From Candidatus Obscuribacteraceae bacterium (GTDB lineage: Bacteria; Cyanobacteriota; Vampirovibrionia; Obscuribacterales; Obscuribacteraceae): 64,000 nucleotides of DNA. The stretch spans positions 608,001 through 672,000 of the forward strand of contig JBGAHS010000003.1 of NCBI GenBank assembly GCA_044226015.1. The letters are read 5' to 3'. Under the pieces are notes generated by a model. It made no database searches and was not told where the DNA came from. It saw only the letters and a list, made by a program, of their open reading frames with translations. Position 1 is the stretch's first letter; each line of letters opens with the position of its first letter. Made by a program: the position numbers and the translations under genes. Shown piece after piece: positions 1 through 10,815 of the stretch.

Positions 1-223
1 TCCAGCCGCGAATCCTAAATAGATCTTGAAGGTATGTCGTGACAAGCCTCTTCAGTCTCTTAGAAAGTCTTTACTGCCTGAGAGGGCGTTTGAAACCCGA
101 AAGCATTGACACTCCTTGGATTCTGCCATATTGTAAGCGCCAATCGCGTCACAAAAATATGCTTTTTGCAGACGATTCGAAACGCGGTTGAAAACAACTT
201 CGGTCATCCAAGGGAGAATCTAA

Positions 224-1294
224 ATGCTTGAGCTATTCAAAGACCTGGATACTTATGGGCATGAACAGATAGTTTTTTTCCAGGACAAAGCAACTGGTTT
301 GAAAGCTATCGTGGGAATACACAGCACCGTTCTCGGTCCTGCACTCGGCGGCTGCCGGATGTGGAACTATAAAGATGAGTCCGAAGCTTTCCGTGACGTA
401 CTCAGACTCTCTCGTGGAATGTCCTACAAAGCGGCAATCGCCGGATTGCATCTCGGCGGTGGCAAAGCCGTAATTTTCGGAGATTCACGCACACAAAAGA
501 GCGAAGGACTCCTGAAATCATTCGGTCGCTACATCGACTCCCTCGGTGGCAGATACATCACAGCAGAAGACGTCGGTATGAAAGTCGGCGACATCGACAT
601 CATCCGCACGCAGACCACACATGCAGTCGGCGGAAGTAACGAAGGCGGCAGTGGGGACCCAAGCGGCATGACCGCACTTGGAACTTTCCAGGGCATGAAG
701 GCGGCTGTGAAAGCCGCTAACATCGGCGAGCTTTCCGATCTCACAGTCGCTATTCAAGGTGTGGGCAACGTCGGTTACCACCTCTCAAGCTATCTCTCAG
801 CTGCTGGCGCTAAGCTCGTAGTGAGCGACATCTACCCGGCACAAGCAGAAAGAGTGAAAGAAGAATTCGGCGCGAAAATAGTTGCTGCGGAAGAAATTTA
901 CGGTGTTGATTGTGACGTGTTTGCACCTTGCGCACTCGGAGCAATCATCAACCAGAAGACCATTCCACTTTTGAAGTGTAAAGTTGTAGCAGGCGCTGCT
1001 AACAATCAGCTAGAAACAGAAAACGACGGATTCGCACTCATGAAGCGTGGCATCGTTTACGCTCCAGATTACGCTATCAACGGCGGCGGATTAATCAACG
1101 TCGCAGCTGAACTCGACGGATACAACAAAGAAATCGTACTCGGCAAGGTCAGCAAGATTTACAACACAATCGCCGACATCCTTGCTCACGCTGAAAAAGC
1201 AGGCATTCCACCTCACGTGGCTGCCGATGAAATCGCTGAGAAGAGGTTGAACGAAAAAAAGGCCAGTGGCTCTCGCCAGGTAGCTAAAGTCTAA
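224..1294 (+). CDS. Leu/Phe/Val (ELFV family) amino acid dehydrogenase, probably leucine dehydrogenase
   Basis: GPALGGCRM, GMSYK, LGGGKAVI, YITAEDVG, GxGxxG (QGVGNVG), GAANNQL, PDYAINGGG motifs; GGAGA RBS upstream. Confidence 0.95.
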   Translation: MLELFKDLDTYGHEQIVFFQDKATGLKAIVGIHSTVLGPALGGCRMWNYKDESEAFRDVLRLSRGMSYKAAIAGLHLGGGKAVIFGDSRTQKSEGLLKSFGRYIDSLGGRYITAEDVGMKVGDIDIIRTQTTHAVGGSNEGGSGDPSGMTALGTFQGMKAAVKAANIGELSDLTVAIQGVGNVGYHLSSYLSAAGAKLVVSDIYPAQAERVKEEFGAKIVAAEEIYGVDCDVFAPCALGAIINQKTIPLLKCKVVAGAANNQLETENDGFALMKRGIVYAPDYAINGGGLINVAAELDGYNKEIVLGKVSKIYNTIADILAHAEKAGIPPHVAADEIAEKRLNEKKASGSRQVAKV

Positions 1295-1314
1295 TTGCGA
1301 GAGCATTAAATTCG

Positions 1315-1347
1315 AAAGGTCCACCCGAAGGTGGACCTTTTCTTTTT
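1315..1347 (+). terminator. Rho-independent terminator
   Basis: AAAGGTCCACC-CGAA-GGTGGACCTTT stem followed by TCTTTTT, ~20 nt after the stop codon. Confidence 0.85.
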
Positions 1348-1435
1348 GCACACCCGTTACGAAACGACTTTTCAAGAGCAAAGACAAGATTAATTAGGGG
1401 ACAATAAGATTATCTGTCTCAAGGTAAATTAGTTC

Positions 1436-1807
1436 ATGACTGAGATATCAGGCTCGAACCATCTCGTCCAGGATGACTTCAAGTGCCCACGCTGTGGCAC
1501 CAAGCTCAGCTGCGGAATTGGCTTCAGGGCTGGCACCGTCAAAGGTATTAACTACAAGATTGGAGACAAAATCGATTGGTCGGGAAAACCTAACTGGCCA
1601 AGCGAACGTCCGGAAAATGGAAGCTTTAAGACTATAGGCTATTTTGAGTGTGAAAACCTCAGATGTGAGACCTGGAACGATTGCTTCCCTGAGGTGCAGG
1701 AAGTTCTCATAACCATCGAGAACGACATTATTCGCGCTTATAAACCTGTCTTCTACAAACCAGACAGTATCGACTTCTCCGTATTAACCCCAGACCAGGA
1801 AATTTGA
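1436..1807 (+). CDS. Hypothetical Cys-rich, possibly Zn-binding protein
   Basis: 123 aa ORF with CPRC and CENLRC clusters; ends 4 nt before the next gene. Confidence 0.65.
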   Translation: MTEISGSNHLVQDDFKCPRCGTKLSCGIGFRAGTVKGINYKIGDKIDWSGKPNWPSERPENGSFKTIGYFECENLRCETWNDCFPEVQEVLITIENDIIRAYKPVFYKPDSIDFSVLTPDQEI

Positions 1808-1811
1808 AAAG

Positions 1812-2984
1812 ATGGACGCCAAAGAGTTTTTGATGATACCGGGACCAACACCAGTTCCAGACAACGTATTGGCGGCGCTTGCAGCGCATCCATTGGGGCA
1901 CCGCACAAAAGAGTTTTCAAAGATATTTGCAGGAGTGACAAACTCACTAAAGAAACTAGCTCAGGCTGAGGAAGAGGACGCCTATGTTCTTACCTCTTCA
2001 GGAACAGGAGCTATGGAAGCTGCAATATCAAACACACTGAGTCCGGGAGACGAAGTTTTGAGCCTGGTATGCGGCGTTTTTGGCGAACGCTGGGCAAAAA
2101 TCTCCGAAGCTTTCGGAATGAAAGTTGAGCGACTGAAAGTAGAAGCAGGTCAGCCAATCTCGCTGGAAAGCCTGAGACAACGCTTGCTTCAAGACAAAGG
2201 ACGCCAAATAAAAGCTGTGACGATCACTCACAATGAGACATCAACCGGAGTGATAAATGACCTGCAGCAGCTCGTACTCGCTGTCAGAGAGCATGGTGCA
2301 TTGTGCATAGTTGACGCTGTCACAAGTTTCGGCGCCGTGCCAATCTCATTCAGCGCCTGGGGCATCGACGTCCTCGTTGCTGGAAGCCAGAAAGCACTCA
2401 TGCTGCCTCCTGGTCTTGCAGTAATATTCTTCAGCAAGAGAGCCTGGCAGGCTTATGAGACCTCAAAACTGCCAAAGTTCTACTTCGACCTAGGCAAATG
2501 CAGAAAGTCGCTGGAAGCAGAAACAACTCCGTTTACACCAAATGTTTCATTGATTGCAGCACTCAAGACCTCGCTCGACATGATTCAACAAGAAGGTCTC
2601 ACCTCTATTGCAGCTCGCCACGACCGCATGAAAAAAGCCCTCAGAGCAGGGCTTATCGGCATGGGACTCAAACCACTGGTCGCCGAACAGCATGCTAGTC
2701 CAACCATCACTGCATGCCTTCCACCAGCGAGCACTTCGGTAGATCAAATTCGCCGTTTGATGAACGAGCGTTATCAGATTCGACTGGCTGACGGACAAGA
2801 GGAACTTAAGAGCAAAATTTTCCGCGTCGGCCACATGGGATATGTTTTCGAACGTGACATTCTCATGACACTTGCTACTCTGGAAGTTTGCTTGACCACT
2901 CTTGGACATCGCTGCCCAGCCGGAATAGGCGTAGGCTCTGCAATTACAGAGTTGACCAGCGTCCAGAGCATGCTCAGCAAGTAG
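1812..2984 (+). CDS. Class V PLP-dependent aminotransferase (alanine-glyoxylate/serine-pyruvate family)
   Basis: LMIPGPTPV, SSGTGAME, HNETSTGV, DAVTS, GSQKAL (PLP lysine), FRVGHMG. Confidence 0.95.
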   Translation: MDAKEFLMIPGPTPVPDNVLAALAAHPLGHRTKEFSKIFAGVTNSLKKLAQAEEEDAYVLTSSGTGAMEAAISNTLSPGDEVLSLVCGVFGERWAKISEAFGMKVERLKVEAGQPISLESLRQRLLQDKGRQIKAVTITHNETSTGVINDLQQLVLAVREHGALCIVDAVTSFGAVPISFSAWGIDVLVAGSQKALMLPPGLAVIFFSKRAWQAYETSKLPKFYFDLGKCRKSLEAETTPFTPNVSLIAALKTSLDMIQQEGLTSIAARHDRMKKALRAGLIGMGLKPLVAEQHASPTITACLPPASTSVDQIRRLMNERYQIRLADGQEELKSKIFRVGHMGYVFERDILMTLATLEVCLTTLGHRCPAGIGVGSAITELTSVQSMLSK

Positions 2985-3092
2985 GTAAAAATCAGCAAGC
3001 AAGCGCACCTTGGCAACTTAAAGTTTTCCAAGCTTGTCTAAAACGCGCTGTTTTTCTGATATTAAATGGATACAGAGTATCCGTGATTTCTC

Positions 3093-3989
3093 ATGAAAAA
3101 TCGTAGAAAAGAAAACCTGAAAGCTGGACTCTTAGCCGCAAATTTGTTTTGCGCTGTTTTGCTTTCAGCTCTTCCTGCTTCAGCACAATGGGGCTATTCG
3201 CCCTTGACGGGCAGCAACAACTGGCTTTGGCTTAGTCGCTCTCTCTATTCCCCTAGCTATTTTCTCTTCAGAAACGGCTCTTATGGAGCAGGCGGCTATC
3301 TAGTGAATTCTCTGGCTTATCAAGCTGCTTACGGAGTCAGCCAGGGCATCAATTCTGTTGGAAGAAAGAAAGCCATGAAGCAGTATTATCAGAATGCCAA
3401 CAACGGCATTAACGCTCCTGTAATTGATCAAGTTTCTGCTGCACCGTGGTATCACCCTCCGCGTGGAGTGAATGGCTATCAGACGGGACCACAAACGAGT
3501 CCTGTGCCATCAGTTACAGCAAGTGATAAAGATCCCTTTGCCGATCCACAAGCTGGCAATTTTATGCCGGTGCCCCAGATGATGAATGATGATGCCCCGG
3601 GAAACGGACCAATAGTCAATCCGCTAACTCAACCGCTGGCGGCTCTGCCTGTTGAACCCACCCCGGTGAAGAAAAGCAAGACAGTTCCAGCTGCTGCGCC
3701 CGACTTTAGAGCTGCACAAGCAGAACAGGCAAAAGCAGAGGTGCCCTCGAGCAATCCATTTGCACAGGCTTTCGTCGATCACGTCAACAATAAGTTCGAA
3801 GGCAATATTGCAAAGGCTTTTGCAGATAAACAAACTACCGCTTACGCAAAAGCACTGGGCTTCATTGAAACAAGCAAAATCTCAGAAATTCCAGAAGACC
3901 GATTGGACTTGATCAACAAGATTTTGAAGGATCCTGGTGAGGATGCTTTGACCAAAGTAAACACCATTCGGTTGCTGATAAAACACTAG
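3093..3989 (+). CDS. Hypothetical exported protein
   Basis: Basic N-terminus, hydrophobic stretch and ASA-QW signal-peptide-like site; Pro-rich linker. Confidence 0.65.
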   Translation: MKNRRKENLKAGLLAANLFCAVLLSALPASAQWGYSPLTGSNNWLWLSRSLYSPSYFLFRNGSYGAGGYLVNSLAYQAAYGVSQGINSVGRKKAMKQYYQNANNGINAPVIDQVSAAPWYHPPRGVNGYQTGPQTSPVPSVTASDKDPFADPQAGNFMPVPQMMNDDAPGNGPIVNPLTQPLAALPVEPTPVKKSKTVPAAAPDFRAAQAEQAKAEVPSSNPFAQAFVDHVNNKFEGNIAKAFADKQTTAYAKALGFIETSKISEIPEDRLDLINKILKDPGEDALTKVNTIRLLIKH

Positions 3990-4152
3990 CTTTTGCTGGA
4001 TGTTTTTGGAAGTTGCAAATAGGGTAAATTGGCAGAAGGGACGAAAGTCTCTCAGTAGCTTTTCGATTTACTTGCTTAACAGTTGAATTGAGATATCATT
4101 GTGCGCAATGAGTGAATTACTACCTCTCTGCTTACTAAGAATATGGGCGCGA

Positions 4153-5799
4153 ATGAACGACTCCTGGTTGTCGTTCAAGACTGTCGGCAAAGACAGGTAC
4201 CTTATCAACCCATCCGGTTATTTCATCGAACTTCCTGACGGCTCGTTAACGCAGATCAGTCCAAGAGTGACATTTCCAGTCTGGGACCTCTTTCCTTCTG
4301 TGCCCATGGAAACTCTGAGCATTCGGACACAGTATGGACCAGATGCCAGATTTGTGGCGGTTCCGATGATAGTTCCGCGCGAAACTGAACCTGTCAAAGT
4401 TGATGTTGAAACGCTACGACAGGATCCTCTAACCAAATTGCAGTTTCCCGAGGGCTTGGGTGAACTTGAAAAGTACGTGCTCTTTCGCGCGCTTGAGGCT
4501 GGTCTGGTTTCAAAAACTGGCTTCAGCAAGATGGTGGAGATGCGAAGCCGTTACCGGACAATTGGGTCCGCTTTAATTTATGGTGGCATCTGCCAGTGGG
4601 AAACGCTTCTAGGATATTGCCTTGATACTAGACCGCCTTCCCGTCTTGATCCGCCATCGCTTCGCACGCTCATTGAAAGACGCGAATGGGAGCTGATAGG
4701 TGAAATTCTTCAAGCCCTTGGAAAAATAAATCGCACGCAACTCGAATACGCGTTAAAGATAAAACGCGAAGGCAGCCAGGCTCTGGGTCAGATTCTCACT
4801 GCCATGGGCGCCTGCCAACCTCTCGACGTTGAGCGCTGTTTGAAAATTCAAGAAGAAGTAAAACAGCCTGCCGGCGGCGAAGTAGCGCTTATCGGCAAAT
4901 TACTCGTAAGTCAGGGAGTAATTTCGGAAGAGGACCTTGAGGATGCTTTGCGCAATCAGCGAATTGCAAGACAGCCTCTTTCAAAAATACTTGTCTCGAT
5001 GGGTGCATGCTCACAACGCGACATCGACGGCTTTGCCAGAGTTTCCGGCGTATCCTTCCAATCAGAAATCGATGATGTAAGCCTGGGAAATTATCTGCTG
5101 AAAACAGAAACTATTACAAAAACCCACATGGAAGAAGCCCTCCGCATTCAACAACGGGGACGTCAGGTTCTCGGCGAACTTCTAGTATCCATGGGGCTTT
5201 GTTCAGCCACAGACATCGAAAACGTCATTCAATTTCAACGCGAAGTAAGAGAGACACATCGCTCTGGAGTTGAAAAACTCGGTTCAATTCTCATCCACGC
5301 AGGAAAGGTTCCGCCCCCCAAAGTGGAAGAGGCCGTGAAATTGCAAGGCATAGGCAGGCAGCCATTTGGAGCCATCCTCGTAGCGCTTGGCGCCTGCACC
5401 GCCGATGATGTCATTGAAGCTCTGGACATTCAAGCAAAATGGCGAGCAAGAGAGCGTCCACCTGGAGACAGATTGGGTGAAGTGCTGGTCAGACAAGGTG
5501 TTGTTTCAGAAGAAGATCTGGAAGGACCACTTCTTGAACATATGAGAGAAGAACGACCTCTCGGTCGCATCTTGATCGATCGAAACATCTGCGTTCCTGA
5601 ACAGATCATCGAAGCACTAATTGAGCGCGATCATGATCGTCAGTATCAGTTTCTGGAGTTTGTCAGAAACTACACAAACACTCCATCAAACCGAACGGGT
5701 TCAGACAAGATCGACGAAGCTCACCAGGAAGGTCAAAGGAAGGGTTCAATCGTCGACAAGCTTTCATCATGGTTTTCCAGACCGAAAGGCAAGCCCTGA
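4153..5799 (+). CDS. Protein with tandem MshEN-like (type II secretion ATPase N-terminal) repeats, putative c-di-GMP binder; no ATPase domain
   Basis: About ten copies of xLGxxLxxxGxxxxxxLxxALxxQ (e.g. RLGEVLVRQGVVSEEDLE, LIGKLLVSQGVISEEDLEDALRNQ). Start uncertain; ORF is open from 4099. Confidence 0.75.
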   Translation: MNDSWLSFKTVGKDRYLINPSGYFIELPDGSLTQISPRVTFPVWDLFPSVPMETLSIRTQYGPDARFVAVPMIVPRETEPVKVDVETLRQDPLTKLQFPEGLGELEKYVLFRALEAGLVSKTGFSKMVEMRSRYRTIGSALIYGGICQWETLLGYCLDTRPPSRLDPPSLRTLIERREWELIGEILQALGKINRTQLEYALKIKREGSQALGQILTAMGACQPLDVERCLKIQEEVKQPAGGEVALIGKLLVSQGVISEEDLEDALRNQRIARQPLSKILVSMGACSQRDIDGFARVSGVSFQSEIDDVSLGNYLLKTETITKTHMEEALRIQQRGRQVLGELLVSMGLCSATDIENVIQFQREVRETHRSGVEKLGSILIHAGKVPPPKVEEAVKLQGIGRQPFGAILVALGACTADDVIEALDIQAKWRARERPPGDRLGEVLVRQGVVSEEDLEGPLLEHMREERPLGRILIDRNICVPEQIIEALIERDHDRQYQFLEFVRNYTNTPSNRTGSDKIDEAHQEGQRKGSIVDKLSSWFSRPKGKP

Positions 5800-5804
5800 T
5801 CGAG

Positions 5805-6884
5805 ATGCGAAAACGCCTCCGTGAACTGGGTATTAAGACCGGTTATTTGCCAGTCGGCAAGAAAAATACCATATGTGATGTAGCAGGACTTCGTGTTGGA
5901 CACAGCACGATAATCGAAGGAGATGGCGCACTTGTCCGCGGTCAGGGACCGAAACGAACTGGCGTCACAGTCATCATTCCTCACGCAGATGACCTCTGGA
6001 GTAGTCGCCCCAGTGGTGCATTTTATTCTCTCAACGGCTGCGGCGTGGTTCTTGGTTCCGACTGGATTAATGAATCAGGAGCGCTCGAAGGTCCAATAGC
6101 GCTGACAAATAGCCATTCCGTCTTTGATGTTGGCAAAGCACTGACAAACATCATGGTCGACAGATTCCCAGCCATAGGCACCACAGATGATGCCTATCTT
6201 CCAGTAGTAGGCGAATGCGACGACAGCCCTCTCAACGACATTAATGGGTATCACGTAAAAGAAGAACACGTACGTAAGGCATTTGAAAATGCAAGCGACG
6301 ATGTGACAGAAGGAGCTGTCGGAGCCGGCACCGGCATGACTTGCTACGGCTTTAAGGGCGGCATCGGAACAGCATCGCGTCTTGTTTCAATTCAAGATAA
6401 GACATACACCGTAGGTGTGCTGGTAAATACGAACCATGGTCAAACCCACCAGCTTCTGATTAACGGGAACCCGGTCGGTTTGCGCCTCAAAGAGGAAAGC
6501 CTGGGAAAAGCGAACGATGAGGGAAGCATAGTAATGCTAGTTGCGACTGACGCACCCTTCAATCACCAACAGCTAGAACGAATCTGCAAACGTGCATGCA
6601 TGGGGCTTGCCCGAACCGGCTCAAGTGCAGGCAACGGCAGTGGTGACTTCGTCATCGCTTTTTCCACCGGTCGTCGAGTACCTCGCCAAAACAAATCTGC
6701 CATTCTTACCTTGCCAGAAATTCATTCAGACCACATTGGTGGCTTCTTCGAAGCTACTGTAGAAGCAACTGAGGAAGCCATTCTCAACAGCATTTTTGTT
6801 GCCGACAGCATGACGGGGCGCGATGGATTCACCTCGCCTGCACTGCCAGTTTCTCGCTGCCTTGAGCTTTTGCAAGAAAAATGA
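5805..6884 (+). CDS. dmpA: P1/DmpA-family aminopeptidase
   Basis: N-terminal RLRELGI..G..NTICDVAG.RVGH, GVTVI, PVVGECDD, GAGTGM, EGSIVMLVATDAP autocleavage region, GSGD. Confidence 0.9.
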   Translation: MRKRLRELGIKTGYLPVGKKNTICDVAGLRVGHSTIIEGDGALVRGQGPKRTGVTVIIPHADDLWSSRPSGAFYSLNGCGVVLGSDWINESGALEGPIALTNSHSVFDVGKALTNIMVDRFPAIGTTDDAYLPVVGECDDSPLNDINGYHVKEEHVRKAFENASDDVTEGAVGAGTGMTCYGFKGGIGTASRLVSIQDKTYTVGVLVNTNHGQTHQLLINGNPVGLRLKEESLGKANDEGSIVMLVATDAPFNHQQLERICKRACMGLARTGSSAGNGSGDFVIAFSTGRRVPRQNKSAILTLPEIHSDHIGGFFEATVEATEEAILNSIFVADSMTGRDGFTSPALPVSRCLELLQEK

Positions 6885-6927
6885 GGACAATTTCTTGCCC
6901 TCATTTTTCTCTATATTCTTGCTAGTC

Positions 6928-8907
6928 TTACGCTTTTGCAGCGACAGGAATGTAATCGAGACTTTCCTTGTTTTCGACCGAAGAGAGATCTCCAGGATCT
7001 TCACCAAGATATTTTCTGCGAATGGTTCCACGCAAGATTTTGCCAGATCTCGTCTTTGGCAACGCAGCCACAATATGCACAGCCTCAGGCTTTAGAGGAT
7101 GCCCAAGCTTATGTCCAATTAGCTCTCGCAACTCTTTTTCCAGCTCAGAGCTGCCAGCTTTTCCTGGAACTATAACGACGAAACATACAAGACCTTCACC
7201 TTTAACAGCGTGGGGAACCCCAATGGCCGCCGCTTCAGCAACTGCTTCGTGTTCGACCAGAACAGACTCTACTTCTCCGGGACCCAGCCGTTTTCCTGCG
7301 ATCTTTATAGTATCGTCAGAACGCCCAAACAAGAACCAGAAGCCATCTTCATCAACTTTAGCCCAATCGCCGTGATACCAGATTTCAGGGAAACGATTGA
7401 AATAAGTATCGATATAGCGCTGAGGGTCACCCAGGAAGCCTTTAGTCATGGACGGAGACGGCTTTCTGCATATTAGATGACCGATGCCGTCCCGAATGCT
7501 CTTCCCTTCTTCATCGACTACATCAACATCCATACCGAGCCCGGGTCCGCCCAGAGTGCAAGGCTTCAAAGGCATACAAGGCAGAGGTTGAATCAGACAT
7601 CCGATAAGCTCAGTGCCTCCAGAAATGTTGATGATTGGGCTGCGACCTTTACCGACTTTGTTGAAAAACCACATGTAACTGTCGATATCCCAGGGTTCGC
7701 CAGTTGAGCCCATTAAACGAAGCGTAGACATTGGATATTTATCGACCCATTCGTCTCCTGCGGCCTTTAATACGCGAATAGCAGTAGGGCTGATTCCTAG
7801 CGTGTTTACTTTATGTCGCTCAACCATCTTCCAGACTCTATCTGGCTCAGGGAAGTTAGGTGCACCTTCAGCAATTACCATGGTGCCGCCCCAGAAGGTG
7901 ACACCGATCATTTCCCATGGTCCCATCATCCAGCCAATGTCAGTGAACCAGAAAAATACATCTGTTGGTTTCACGTCGAAGGCAAAACCCAGTTCACGTG
8001 CGATGGATGCGAGAGCTCCGGCGTGCGTATGCACAGTGCCTTTCGGCTTGCCGGTAGTGCCTGAAGTGTAGAGGTACATCGACGGATGCTCTGCTGGAAG
8101 GTGCGCAGTCGGAAGATTCGCATCCGCTTTGTCCACCACTTCACTCCAGAGCAGGTCGCGACCATCCTTCCATGTGGTGGACATTCCATAGCGATCCAAA
8201 ACTATAACGTGCTTCAGGTCTTCCAGTCCTTCTGCAGCTTCATCGGCATCAGGTTTGACAGCGATTTTCTTACCTCGGCGCATGCCACCATCAGCGGTGA
8301 ACAAGACCTTAGCCTTAGCGTCAACCATTCTAGCGCGGAGTGCTTGACCACCGAATCCACTGAAAACAGGAACAGCCACAGCACCGATCTTCAAACAACC
8401 GAAAAGTACTGCCACCACTTCAGGCACCATCGGCATGTAGATGCCTACAGTATCTCCAGCCTTCACACCCAGATTTAAGAGCGCCGATGCTACTTTGCTG
8501 CTTTGCTCATTTAGCTTTCCATAGGTCCAAACTACAGGTTCACCATCTTCCGTTTCCCAGATGATAGCCTTGTGATCAGCACCCACCTTGGGACGGTTCG
8601 CATGCACTTTTCCAGCAGCGTTGATGTGATAGTCCAGACAGTTATCTATGATGTTCATCTCTCCGCCGACGAACCACTTGGTCCAGGCGAAGCCCTCAGA
8701 CTGGTCCATCAACTTCGTGTAAGGCTTGTACCAGTCAAGTCCGACATAATCAAGCGCTTCAGTCCAAAACCAATTTGTGTCTTCTGCTGAACGCTTAACC
8801 AGCTCTTTCACATCAGAAATATTGTGCTTTTTCATAAAGTCCACGACTCTGCAATTCAGATAATCACCGGTCGGGCGCCAGATTACGTCGTTAAATGTTG
8901 TGCTCAT
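6928..8907 (-). CDS. Acetyl-CoA-synthetase-like AMP-forming acyl-CoA ligase
   Basis: YTSGTTGKPKG, DIGWMMG, GSTGEP, ISGGTE, HGDW, GRSDD, PKTRSGKILR. Confidence 0.93.
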   Translation of the reverse strand: MSTTFNDVIWRPTGDYLNCRVVDFMKKHNISDVKELVKRSAEDTNWFWTEALDYVGLDWYKPYTKLMDQSEGFAWTKWFVGGEMNIIDNCLDYHINAAGKVHANRPKVGADHKAIIWETEDGEPVVWTYGKLNEQSSKVASALLNLGVKAGDTVGIYMPMVPEVVAVLFGCLKIGAVAVPVFSGFGGQALRARMVDAKAKVLFTADGGMRRGKKIAVKPDADEAAEGLEDLKHVIVLDRYGMSTTWKDGRDLLWSEVVDKADANLPTAHLPAEHPSMYLYTSGTTGKPKGTVHTHAGALASIARELGFAFDVKPTDVFFWFTDIGWMMGPWEMIGVTFWGGTMVIAEGAPNFPEPDRVWKMVERHKVNTLGISPTAIRVLKAAGDEWVDKYPMSTLRLMGSTGEPWDIDSYMWFFNKVGKGRSPIINISGGTELIGCLIQPLPCMPLKPCTLGGPGLGMDVDVVDEEGKSIRDGIGHLICRKPSPSMTKGFLGDPQRYIDTYFNRFPEIWYHGDWAKVDEDGFWFLFGRSDDTIKIAGKRLGPGEVESVLVEHEAVAEAAAIGVPHAVKGEGLVCFVVIVPGKAGSSELEKELRELIGHKLGHPLKPEAVHIVAALPKTRSGKILRGTIRRKYLGEDPGDLSSVENKESLDYIPVAAKA

Positions 8908-9199
8908 ACTTAAGTTCCAAATATGGTTTGGGGCAAGAGCTATGCATTGTACATCTGTTGAGATTCTATATCGCTATCAATCTCTCATTTAAGCTATTCA
9001 AGAGCTTCTTGAAACAAAAAATGCTTTTACCTGCGAAAAGCCGACGGCAAACGCAAGAGACACAAAACTCAGTAAAGCACCGAAAGCGATTCATCACATT
9101 GCTCTATGCCTACTACTGCTTATCGTATTGCGACACAAAATGCGAAAGCTGAGAATTACTTCTCAGCTCTCGCACGGTCAGCTCATGACCGACAGACGC

Positions 9200-9496
9200 T
9201 TACCACTGTGAAGCCATCACAGCAGTGATACCAACTGGAACGAGCACCAGTACGGTGATGGCAGCGACCTTCAGACCGAGCAGCGCCCCGGTGCGAACGT
9301 CTTCACCGTTGCGGTGACATCGGTAAGCGCCGCATAGACTGCAGACCATGGCTAGTATGCAGATGTGAATGGAGTATCCACACACTGCATGGAAGCACGC
9401 GAGAAAGAATAGAAACACTGCAAGACCCATGATTGTCTTCCTTTCCAGGCAGACCCGAAACCTTCGTTCCGGGACTGCGGTCATGTGAATCGTCAA
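9200..9496 (-). CDS. Small hypothetical membrane protein
   Basis: 98 aa with ~3 hydrophobic segments, directly downstream of the 9513-10484 gene. Confidence 0.5.
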   Translation of the reverse strand: MTIHMTAVPERRFRVCLERKTIMGLAVFLFFLACFHAVCGYSIHICILAMVCSLCGAYRCHRNGEDVRTGALLGLKVAAITVLVLVPVGITAVMASQW

Positions 9497-9512
9497 TCAC
9501 AACAAGGGTTGA

Positions 9513-10484
9513 TTACTCTGGCGGCAAGACAGATGCCACACAAAGTACCGACCCGTAGTGGTGCGCGCCGACCATCGGCAAGCCTTCAATCGGGTTGAAA
9601 CTGTCTGCCTCCGGCAGATATTGCGGCAACCCATCGGCGTTCACGGTGTAGTTCAGAATTCGCACGCCACCATCTGTGAAGGCAAGAATTCGTTCCTTGC
9701 GTCCAAATTGCAGTGAATGAATTCTGGTTGTGTTCCGCAGTTTGACGACCGCGCCCTGCCGCAGCCCACTGGAAGCAAGCCAGACTTCGTTGCCTACCCC
9801 AGCGTAAACTAGCAGCCCAGGTGCAGCGTAGTCCAGAGCCTTGATTTGCATGGCGTTGATGACTTGCCCGTCGAAGAGGTCAACGCCTCGACTGGTAGGA
9901 AGCTCATCACTTTCGTAGGGCACTTCAACAAGCGAGTTGTTCTCGCAGGCAAGAATGAGCATGCGCGAAGCTTCGTCGAAGACCATGGCTCGTCCAGGCG
10001 ATGGAAGTTGCACTTGATACAGCTCTTCGGTATCGCCGTCATCTTTGAGGCGGAATACAGTCACAGTGCAGTCTGCAGATGCCACCGCCAACAGCTCTGC
10101 CGAAGAGTCGAAAGCAAGGCAAATAGCCTTTTCGCAGTAGATCGGCTCGTAGGACTCGCTGCTGTTAGACGGGTTGATGCGGTAGACGAAATCATCACCC
10201 TGAAAAACCAGCGCAAGCTGACTGCACATCGGGTTGAAAGCCAGACATTTCAGAGGGTCACGGAAGCGAAACTTGTTGCTGCGGCTGCTGGCATTCAGCT
10301 CGATAACGGTTCCATCTTCCATCATCGGATTGAGTCCAGCAGCACGCAGGTCGTGAAACTCCGGCGCTTGGTCTTGATACTTCACGACTGCGCATGAAGC
10401 AAAGGGCGAGAACAGAACAGAGTCGACTTCGCTTCGAGGGTAAGCTGGGTCGACAAGAACAGGAACAACAGAGTACTTTTTCAT
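9513..10484 (-). CDS. Hypothetical WD40/beta-propeller-like protein
   Basis: Repeated blade-like segments (LKCLAFNP..QLALV; AICLAFDSSAELLAVASADCTVTVF; IHSLQFG); AAGGAA RBS. Confidence 0.65.
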   Translation of the reverse strand: MKKYSVVPVLVDPAYPRSEVDSVLFSPFASCAVVKYQDQAPEFHDLRAAGLNPMMEDGTVIELNASSRSNKFRFRDPLKCLAFNPMCSQLALVFQGDDFVYRINPSNSSESYEPIYCEKAICLAFDSSAELLAVASADCTVTVFRLKDDGDTEELYQVQLPSPGRAMVFDEASRMLILACENNSLVEVPYESDELPTSRGVDLFDGQVINAMQIKALDYAAPGLLVYAGVGNEVWLASSGLRQGAVVKLRNTTRIHSLQFGRKERILAFTDGGVRILNYTVNADGLPQYLPEADSFNPIEGLPMVGAHHYGSVLCVASVLPPE

Positions 10485-10815
10485 ACAGAATTCCTTGGGT
10501 TGTGAGTTATAACGCCTGAAAGGCGCCTTGACTCAAAGTGAAATGAACTCGAAACAGTTGTTGGTTTGGTGAAATTCAGCCTTGGGGAGAAAAAAACAGA
10601 GATACTTCTCACCCAAACACAGACGCCAGCCGATGGACCACCTCTATCAGCGCGGTGTAACAGTGTGCGTTCGTATATTTCACACGCAAGTCGCTAAAAC
10701 CCTTCACGCAAGGTGCTGAAATGACTAATAGCAGGCAGTCCTGTAACATTAAAGCTCTTGCTAATTTTTCCGCTCGCAACTCTGTTAGGATTTAGAAGCC
10801 AACGAGATAGAGACC

